From positions 4,466,001 to 4,530,000 of the forward strand of contig CM052817.1 in NCBI GenBank assembly GCA_028534125.1: 64,000 nt of DNA, written 5' to 3'. The translations under genes and the position numbers were made by a program. Of this stretch, positions 56,901-64,000 are shown piece after piece (position 1 is the stretch's first letter; every line of letters begins with the position of its first letter). The DNA comes from Lama glama (lineage: Eukaryota). A model generated the notes under the pieces. The model saw nothing but the letters and a program-made list of their open reading frames with translations. It searched no databases and was not told the DNA's origin.

Positions 56901-59900
56901 TTTTTCAGATTAAAACAGTAAACCTTATAGGTTAAGTTGGAATCCTTTGTTTTCCCTCTGCAAATCTTTTCTCTTCCCTCAGAGCCTCCTCAGAGACAGC
57001 CATCTCCATGAATTCATCATCTCTGTTTCCAATTTGGATTTCTATACTTTCACCGTATTTTTTGTCCATAAATGTGGTTTTCCGTGTTTGTGTTAATTCA
57101 CATAAATGGCATCTCACTGCACATTTCATTATAGAGATGCTTTTTCAAGCCTCTCCCTGGCCCCACCTCCAGGCACCTTCACACCTTAAATGGACTCCTC
57201 TTCACCCTGCAAAACCCCTGCAAAATAATCCCTTCTCTGTGAAGTCCTGCCAGGGCTGCTCAGACTAACATGGGCATTTCTGACCAAGGCTTCCACAGCT
57301 TTTTGGTTCACCCCACCAGGGCATCAAAACTACAATTTATCTGTCATCCCTTCTGGACCACAACTAACCCAGAGCAGAAGCTGCATCATACTCAGATCTG
57401 CACCCATGTCTCCTCCTAGACCAAGCACCTGGCGGCAGTTTCTGAAAGCATCATGCACCAACATGATACAGAATGCCCACTCCCCCTTCTCCATCAAGGA
57501 ACTCCCCATACATGTTACAAACTCAATTTGAGGTCTCCCCTTCTGGGAAGGCCTCCTGACCACATATATTTTTGTGGTCACTGGCTGTCTGATTGTCCTT
57601 TTCATGGACTAGACCATGAGGTTTCTTAAAAACAAAGTCTTATTACATTAGCATCTGTAGGGCCTAGAAAAGCACCTGGCAAATATCAGGTAATAACATT
57701 ATAATTGTTAATAATTACAAATCCTTACTGTGCGTCAGGGAGTGTGATAAGCACTTTTCTTGTATAATCTCATTCATCCTTCTAATAGTCCAATGAAGAT
57801 GTTCTATTATAATTATCATTGTTCTACAGATGAAGAAGCTAAGACCCAGAGAAGATCAGTAACTGGACACTTGTAGAGGGTGGGTCCTGGCTGTTAGACT
57901 ATATTGGACTCTTGCTCTTAACCTGTATGCTCCAAGGATAACAGTTTTCTTGGAGGAAAAAAATTCTCAGCCTTTAGCTTGGCATACCTAGGTCAGAGCT
58001 GGTGTGCTCAATGGATGTAAGTTAAACTCAAATCAATGTTAATTAAACCCAGTGGATGCCAGGCTTTAAAAAGCTCACGGCCAAGCTGAAGTTTTCTCAG
58101 GGTAAAGTGATCATGATGGGGCACAAGGACACACCCCCTTTTAAAGGGTTTAGAGATCCCACTTTTGATAGTGGCCAACCAGGTCATTTGAACTCATTCT
58201 TCCCACTGAGGATGAATTTTTTTTTTCTTAAAGCTAGAACAAATGTTTATTAAATCATCACAAAAGTCCCAAAGAGCTAACAAGGTAGTGTAATAGGGAA
58301 GAACAAATCTGACTCCATTATTAGCTCTGTTCCTTTGGCTCTAACCCCGTGCTCTGTTTCCTGGGCTCAGTCAAGCTGATTTGGTAGCTTTGGTAGAAGA
58401 ATCTTGCCTAGAGCTTGAAATATACAGGCAAGCCCATTCTCAAGGCTCTGACCTTTAAGGGTATTAACACTTTCCTATTCATATAAAGATAAAAAGTTGC
58501 AGAATAGAAAATAACATTTGCCTTGTTAGAGGTTTATAGGGACACTATGACCTGACCCACGTGGACGGCTGCAAGAACCAAGGATTCTGACACCAAGAAG
58601 TTTGCACCAACCAACCACATCCCCTCCCTTTTTTAGAATAAAAGGAGCCTGAATTCTGACTTGGGGAAGACTGTTCTCCAGGACATTAGTCCCCCACCTT
58701 CCCAGTCTGCCGGTCTTTCTGAATAGTGTCGCATTCCTTGCCCCAACACCTTGCCTCCTGATTTACTGGCCTGTTGGGCGGCAAGCAGAATGAGTCTGGA
58801 CTTGGTAACAGTAGTGCAGAGTGCAGGGGCCAAGGTCTCAGAGAAGACACAAAGACAGAAATGAGTCCAGCCCTTGGGCTGCGTGAAGGGGTGGGGGTGG
58901 GGTCAATCCAGAGGACAGCCGCACAGCCGAGTGGACTTCTGACCGCCTCCAGCAGCTGAAGGGACAGAAGGTGGAGCTCATGGCTCCCCGTGGGTTGGGG
59001 AGCCCACGGCTGGAGCTCAAAAAGCTGCAGCAGAGAAACATGAGTGAAATGGAAGAAAACTAGTTCAGATTGGTTTAAATGGACTGCAACTTGGAGTCTG
59101 TTCATGTGGGAGATCCATGATATTTCAAGTCCTGACCTTGAATTAAGGTGACTCTGGATCATGAGAGACCCAGTCATCTAGCAGAAGCAAAGGAAAATTC
59201 TCTTTGGAGGAAGAGAACATAATTCTACATCTGAAAATGATTTTACAAAGGAAAATACAAATGTGAGATAAGGCATACAATAAGAAATAGACAGGTACAT
59301 GAGGAGACAAGAACACAAACAACAGGCGTGAAAAACATGCCCACCGGTGGTCCAGAGAGTGCAGTTACAAGACATGGACTTTGAAGTATTGATGCTTACT
59401 GTGCTCAAGAAGTTAAAAGCCACTCTTAACCCTTAACGCAAAAAGCTGGTAATTATAAAAAAAGTAACACTACTTAGTTAAAAAAATAATTAGAACTTCT
59501 GGAATTGAAGGACATTGTCCAATAATAAGAACCTAATGTAGTTTCATTGCAGTTTAGAGATGCAGCTGAAGAGAGAATTATTGCTGGGAGATAGATCAGG
59601 AGAAAATCCAGAACAAAGTCAGGAGACACTGAAGGATGGAAAATATGGAGAAGATAAAGCTAAGATACAGTGAGCAAGTTCGACAAGTTTAACTGGATTC
59701 CCAGGAGGAAAGAAGGCAGAGTCCAGGCAGAGTAATATTGGAAGTGATAAGACAGAAATTTATCAAAACTGATGAAAGAAATATAGAGATAAGGAAAGTG
59801 AGGCTGCACCTGGACGTGGAGAAGAGAGGTAAGTCAGCTCACACACGGGGCCCTGGCGGTCAGGCTCCGGATCTCATGATGTCACCAGGATGCTCTCTGG

Positions 59901-62900
59901 TAATTTTTTTTTTTAAACAAAGAACAAATGAATGAGAGTATAACCAGGCCCTAATAAACGCAAGCTCATTCTGTGTTACATTAATAGCAGATAGAAGTCT
60001 CTAATGAAGAAAGCACTTTTAGGTATTAAGGGAATCAGTTCATGGTACCAAAAGGTTTAATTCACCAGAAAGATGCAAAGGTTCTCAACTGTAGGCACCT
60101 CATGGCATTACCCAAACTGATGCAATCTGTTACGTCAATAGAACAAAGCAGAAAAATATCTGATGATTTTGTGAATAAATGAAGAAAAAAGTCTTTTACA
60201 AAATTTAATTGCCATGCATAAGACACACTCCTGGCCAAACAGGAATGGAAGGAAACTTCCTTAATCTGAAAAAACAAACAAACAAACAAAAACCCAAAAA
60301 ACTATAGCAAACATTATACCTAAGGGCGGAAACTATGAAACAATAGTAAGAAAAATTAGTAAGACCTAAGTAAATGTAGAGATATACCATGTTTCTGGAT
60401 TGGAAGATTTGATATTGTAAAGGTGTCCATCCTTATAAATTTAAAATACTAACCAAATTGGTGTTTACAGTAACAGTGATGGAGGATACGGACTGAAGGT
60501 ATACATACCCTTTAACCCAGCAATTCTGCCCCTTGGTATGTGCCCGAGAGGGACACGTATGCGTGTGTATGAAACACCATCTGCAAGAAAGCTCCTATCA
60601 GCATAAAGGGTAAATGGTGGCATGCTATGCAGGGAGATCCTACAGACCACTGCCTCACACAACACAGGAATCTCACAAGTACATATAAAATTGAGAGACG
60701 GACACCTGACCTACGAGAGCACATGCTATATGATTCCATTCATATAAAAGCAGGGACTTGAGTTCCACATAAGCCAGGATACGGCTCCTATGAGCAGCGA
60801 GGGGAGGGGGGTTGGGAGGAGATGTGAGGGGGCTCCCGAGGTTCTGCCATGATCTCTTTCTCAATCTGGATAGTGGTTACACAGGTGTATTTTTGCCTCT
60901 AGGGACATTTGAAGATGACGGTCCCGAGCATCTCAGAAATGGAAGAGGCCTCAGATACGACCTGGTTTCTGCCTGGGTCACTCAGACAAAGTGTGCCAGG
61001 GTCTCGGGGTCCCCAGCCCAGGAGGATGTGAGGTTCTCACGCATGCCCAGATCCTGGGGTTTCTCAGCCGGTCCCGCCTGGAGGCCACGTACCTGGCAGA
61101 GCGCGGCCGCGGCCTCCGTAGCTCTGACGTTCTCGTCCTCCTCCAGGCCACTCCACTCCAGCCTCTGCCTCTCCAGGACCTCGTGAAAAGCCTGGGAGCA
61201 AAACAGGACGCTGAATCTGGTAGAAAAATACTGACTTATTCTTTCCCCAGAAACACCTCCTCCACTGACTCTGCCTCTCACACCGGAGGGACATTCACCC
61301 TTGATTTGTACACAAGGAAAATGGGGTGCGGGGGGTGCCACATGACCTCCACTTGCAAATTGCAGCCAAGGCCAGGACCAGTGAACCTGACCTCCAGGAA
61401 AGCCAGACTATTCCGTTGTCCACCCGTCATGAAGAGGTGCCACTGGCCCCCTGTCACCCGTCTTTCTTGACCACAAGCCACCCAGACCTCATTCTCTGAC
61501 TTCAGCTGTGGGGGACCACCACCCAGGCCATGGGAGGCCCGCCCAGTGGAGCCCGAGCCTGGCAGGGGCCACTAAGGGTCAGTGTGGTCAGTGGCCACCA
61601 GGCCTCTGTGATCACATGGCGAGGCCCTACCCTGAGGAGCCCAGCAGAGTGACAGGGAGGCATGCACCTGACGCCCCAGACACAGTCAGAGAGGCCGAGA
61701 GCACAACCCCCTGGGGCGGACTTCCCTTAGGGGCAGCATCCCCGTCGCTGGGGAAGCGTGTAAGCCAAGTTCTGAAGGACAAGGAGGGGTCCCTGGAGGG
61801 CAGAAGGGCCAACACACTCTCCTTCCAGGCTCATGGAGCAACAGCAGCGGGACCAGGCAGTTAGAACCCTCTGGCCTCGGTGGGGGCCGGGCGGGAGGTA
61901 AGCGAGGGGGTGGGGTGCAGGGACCAGAGAGGGAGGGGCTGGTGCAGGGCCAAAGTCCGTGTTTATTCACTCGTTCTGTTTTTTCTTTCTTTAACACAGA
62001 ACCTTCATGAATTTGCGTGTCCTCCCCGCGCAGGGGCCACGCTAACCTCTGCATCGTTCCCGTTTTAGTACACCTGCAGCCGAGGCGAGCACCACCCGCT
62101 CGTTCTTTGTTCATTCGGCCGTTTATTTGTTGTTCGTTCGTTCTTCATTTAATCATTCAATTATTCGTCCTTTTGTGTCCACCATCCATCCACCCATCTG
62201 TTCATTCATTCTTTTGGCTCTCATGCAGTCATCTGCTGCTCATTCATTCATTCATTCACGCATGCTTGGCTCAACCCTTCCTTCCTTGGTCCCATGTCTC
62301 CTGAGCACCAGTGTGTGCCGGGCTGTGCTGAGGTCCTGGGTCACAGAGCTGACGCTGTCACGTTCTCCACACTCAGGATTTGCGCTGAGCAATGTGACAT
62401 CAGGGAGAAGGGCCTGGAAATCTCACGGAGAGCTGTATAATCATATCTTTCCACTCTTATTTCAGATGTATCTTCCCTAGACAGAAACAGCCCCCACCCC
62501 ACTTTATGACAAACCCCAGAACCCCCAGGCGAGGGCCGTGCAGGGAGGCTCTGCGGGTGGGGTGGGGGAAGGGCACTGGACCAGGGACCCAGGGACGTAA
62601 ATGCCTCTCCTCTTCTTGGGGGACCCCCTGCTGGCTCGTCACTGGGGTGTTGCTGCCGTCACCACCACGCCTGCCCCCAGGGAGCACCTGTGCCTGTGCT
62701 CTGGGCTGAGCCTGGACCCAGATTCTGTCCTGCCATCCCCTCGGCAGAGCTGAGACAACGTGTTCCAAAGGCTAACTCAGAGCAGAGGGACCCAGAGAAA
62801 CAGTCGGGTTGTGGCTGCCCCTTACTGGGTTTGGCCGAGTCCTGATAACCCTGTATCACCCAGATGAGAAAGCTAGAGGGTTAGCCATGTGCCCAGAGTC

Positions 62901-63726
62901 ACTCACAGCGGCAGACTCACGTCCAAGCCCAGGTCCTGCCGCCCCTCCCCCCGCCTCCCCGCCTCCCCGCAGGCCAGGCAGGGGCAGGGTTCTGTCCTCT
63001 CGCCCTGACAACTGCAAGGCCCGGGCCTTCCAGCCTGTGCTGGCGCCAGCGCATTCTCTCCCCTCAAGCAGGCTGACATCTTGCTTCCTGTCCTCCTGCG
63101 GGTCTCCAGACCGGGACGGCTGTCCAGCTGGTCCTCTCTGGTCCTGCCCACTCGGCTCCACAAGCCGGCTCCTCCCCTGACTCGGCACCTGTCCCAGCGA
63201 GGGGCCCCACCCCCTTGTGAGAGCCTGCCTCACACCTGGGACATGCCAGTCCCTTCGGGTCCACATTCCCTACTGGCTCCCATGGTAGGTAGGGACCCTG
63301 TGGCGCGCCTCACTGGCCCCTCCCGCTCATCTCTCCAGCAGCCCGGTGAGGACGTGCTGCTTTTGTCAGCAGCAGGACGGGACGCAGAGCTCAAGGCACT
63401 TGTCTAAGGTCACTGGGCTGACAGATGGGAGGTGAGGAGACACCTCCTGTTTGCTGGATGCTGAAGCCCCTGGCTTCTCAAGCGCAGTAAGGGGGACCAG
63501 ACCACCCCGCTCTGCCCGCACGGCTCTCCCAGGACGGCCGCGCCTGAGGACGTGGGGGTGATCGGGAACAGGGTCACCTGCAGGAACTCCTCAGGGTCGG
63601 CGGTCCGCGGAGACTCGGCCAGGAAGCACCTCCGTTCCTCCTCTTGAGCCAGCATGAGCTTTTCTGTCCTCTCCGCCTGGTGAACCAGGGAGGCCTTGAC
63701 CAGGTCTTTGCCTCGCTGGACAAAGT
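31316..63726 (-). CDS. EVC: EVC (EvC ciliary complex subunit 1), 5'-partial spliced CDS: complement(join(31316-31400, 31936-32047, 32736-32829, 33930-34056, 38270-38381, 40076-40220, 41327-41533, 42531-42741, 46000-46109, 56132-56344, 61093-61191, 63578-63726))
   Basis: Twelve AG/GT-bounded minus-strand exons splice in frame to a coiled-coil-type protein from [10 protein letters not shown] to [12 protein letters not shown]. This matches the EVC C-terminal half as I recall it, and the gene is convergent with CRMP1. Confidence 0.96.
31936..32047 (-). CDS. EVC: EVC exon 20 ([38 protein letters not shown])
   Basis: ctgcag|AG ... CAG|gtacgg; 112 nt. Confidence 0.92.
32736..32829 (-). CDS. EVC: EVC exon 19 ([32 protein letters not shown])
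   Basis: atccag|GAA ... TCAG|gtgagt; 94 nt. Confidence 0.94.
33930..34056 (-). CDS. EVC: EVC exon 18 ([42 protein letters not shown])
   Basis: ctccag|G ... CAG|gtacgg; 127 nt. Confidence 0.94.
35187..35629 (-). mobile_element. MLT1 (MaLR) LTR
   Basis: ccttggcttgtggctgcatc...catctgcaaagaccct...ccaaacaaggtcaca motifs. Confidence 0.75.
36130..36268 (+). mobile_element. tRNA-derived SINE
   Basis: CAGCTCAGTGGTAGAG...GGGTTCAATCCC, (TAAA)n, and a duplicated CAATTACTCCCC tail; preceded by a short L1 3'-end fragment (about 36013-36064). Confidence 0.85.
37349..37835 (+). mobile_element. MLT1 (MaLR) LTR
   Basis: tgtggtagg...atgttacgttacatggca...gactttgcaggtgtgattaagg motifs. Confidence 0.75.
38270..38381 (-). 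CDS. EVC: EVC exon 17 ([38 protein letters not shown])
   Basis: gtctag|GG ... AG|gtgagg; 112 nt. Confidence 0.92.
40076..40220 (-). CDS. EVC: EVC exon 16 ([49 protein letters not shown])
   Basis: ccgcag|GGA ... CAGG|gtatgg; 145 nt. Confidence 0.94.
41327..41533 (-). CDS. EVC: EVC exon 15 ([25 protein letters not shown]...[10 protein letters not shown])
   Basis: ttctag|GAG ... AAG|gtgcga; 207 nt. Confidence 0.94.
42531..42741 (-). CDS. EVC: EVC exon 14 ([70 protein letters not shown])
   Basis: ccaaag|G ... TTG|gtaaga; 211 nt. Confidence 0.94.
42800..43294 (+). mobile_element. MLT2 (ERVL) LTR, immediately upstream of the EVC exon 14 acceptor
   Basis: tgtgacggttaattttatg...taatgtgggtgggcctcatccaatcagttga...ggagaatcctgactaatac. 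Confidence 0.8.
43600..45260 (+). mobile_element. Old L1 fragment (degenerate ORF1 and start of ORF2)
   Basis: A-rich ORF1-like sequence, then acattaaatataaatggattaaat (TLNINGLN, the endonuclease N-terminus); boundaries approximate. Confidence 0.7.
46000..46109 (-). CDS. EVC: EVC exon 13 ([37 protein letters not shown])
   Basis: gtctag|GTG ... GA|gtgagt; 110 nt; not in the ORF track. Confidence 0.93.
46250..47800 (-). mobile_element. Old L1 fragments in reverse orientation, with a younger L1 3' end inserted at about 47305-47525
   Basis: T-rich L1-like motifs (tgaattttagaatcagtttatcc; gtgtagttgatctacagtgttgtgttagtttc); boundaries approximate. Confidence 0.7.
49206..51818 (+). mobile_element. 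LINE-1, internally deleted (5' UTR joined to the 3' end of ORF2, 3' UTR and A tail)
   Basis: L1-type start (caagacggca, YY1-like), GC-rich UTR repeats, degenerate ORF2 C-terminal sequence from about 50225, L1 3' UTR and poly(A), and atcactctgg duplicated at 49196-49205 and 51832-51841. Confidence 0.85.
49670..49818 (-). mobile_element. tRNA-derived SINE nested in an L1 5' UTR
   Basis: Reverse-complement head and tail; TSD cagaagca(gg/at)aattt. Confidence 0.85.
52908..53394 (-). mobile_element. MLT1 (MaLR) LTR
   Basis: gaggccacctgcattccttggcttgtggccc...cacatctgcaaagtccc...taaggtaacatattcacag. Confidence 0.75.
55345..55787 (-). mobile_element. MLT1 (MaLR) LTR
   Basis: tgcattagtttcct...gttctggaggtcgga...ggtaacatattcacaggttcc...cctaccac. 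Confidence 0.75.
56132..56344 (-). CDS. EVC: EVC exon 12 ([23 protein letters not shown]...[15 protein letters not shown])
   Basis: cttcag|GAG ... CAG|gtgcgg; 213 nt. Confidence 0.94.
56443..56488 (+). repeat. (CA)/(CG) alternating tract upstream of the EVC exon 12 acceptor
   Basis: cacacacacacgcacacacgcacgtgcgcgcgtgcacacacacacacg. Confidence 0.85.
58289..58810 (+). mobile_element. Solo LTR, ERV1-like
   Basis: TG...CA termini (tgtaat...gtaaca) and a perfect 4-bp TSD gtag at 58285-58288 and 58811-58814. Confidence 0.85.
59050..60900 (+). mobile_element. Old L1 fragments (ORF1/ORF2/3' end remnants)
   Basis: A-rich L1-like motifs (ggattggaagatttgatattgtaaa; tatgattccattcatataaaa); boundaries approximate. 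Confidence 0.6.
61093..61191 (-). CDS. EVC: EVC exon 11 ([33 protein letters not shown])
   Basis: tcccag|GCT ... CAG|gtacgt; 99 nt. Confidence 0.94.
63578..63726 (-). CDS. EVC: EVC exon 10 ([50 protein letters not shown])
   Basis: tttcag|AC ... CAG|gtgacc; 149 nt. Confidence 0.94.
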
Positions 63727-64000
63727 CTGAAACCGACATAGAACAGGGGACATCGCCAGTTGCTCTCCTGGCAAAGCGTCCACTGGCTGCTTCTGCCAGC
63801 GTGAGGAGCGTCAGATACTCAGGGGCAAGTCCCATTTTTATTTTCCTCTGATCACTCAGGCACATGGGCTTCCCAAAGTCTGGTATTAGGAGCCCCTGGC
63901 CCCTCAAAGCCCATGGGTCCCCGTCATTTGAAGGGAACCCCACTTTCCCTTGGGCCGAGGGCCCAGAGGTTTTGTCGAGCTGTGGTACAGGGCCGGGCCA

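Noticed and set aside
1..64000. A novel multi-gene system, CRISPR array or prokaryotic element
   Set aside because: The window is explained by two known vertebrate genes and mammalian repeats; I saw no unexplained coding block or repeat-spacer array.

Overview
This is mammalian genomic DNA, most likely from a camelid given a recurrent tRNA-derived SINE that resembles the camelid Vic-1 family. It holds two convergent (tail-to-tail) intron-containing genes. On the + strand are the last ten exons of CRMP1 (collapsin response mediator protein 1; exons 5-14 by human numbering), with the stop codon at 24180-24182 and AATAAA at 25045-25050. On the - strand are the last twelve exons of EVC (Ellis-van Creveld ciliary complex subunit 1; exons 10-21), with the stop codon at 31316-31318. 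I read all 22 exons by hand: each has canonical AG/GT boundaries and consistent phase, and both frames are intact. The remainder is intron, UTR and intergenic sequence with SINEs, L1 fragments, ERV1/MaLR/ERVL LTRs, MER DNA transposons and simple repeats. Most ORFs in the supplied track are spurious or are exon read-throughs. I found no evidence of a new multi-gene system. The observations most worth checking are a near-consensus CTCF motif inside the last CRMP1 coding exon, an internally deleted L1 bounded by a target-site duplication, a SINE with a ~60-bp flanking duplication, inverted SINE pairs, local AT-to-GC drift, and a NAGNAG acceptor in EVC. Repeat family names and human comparisons come from recall, not database searches.
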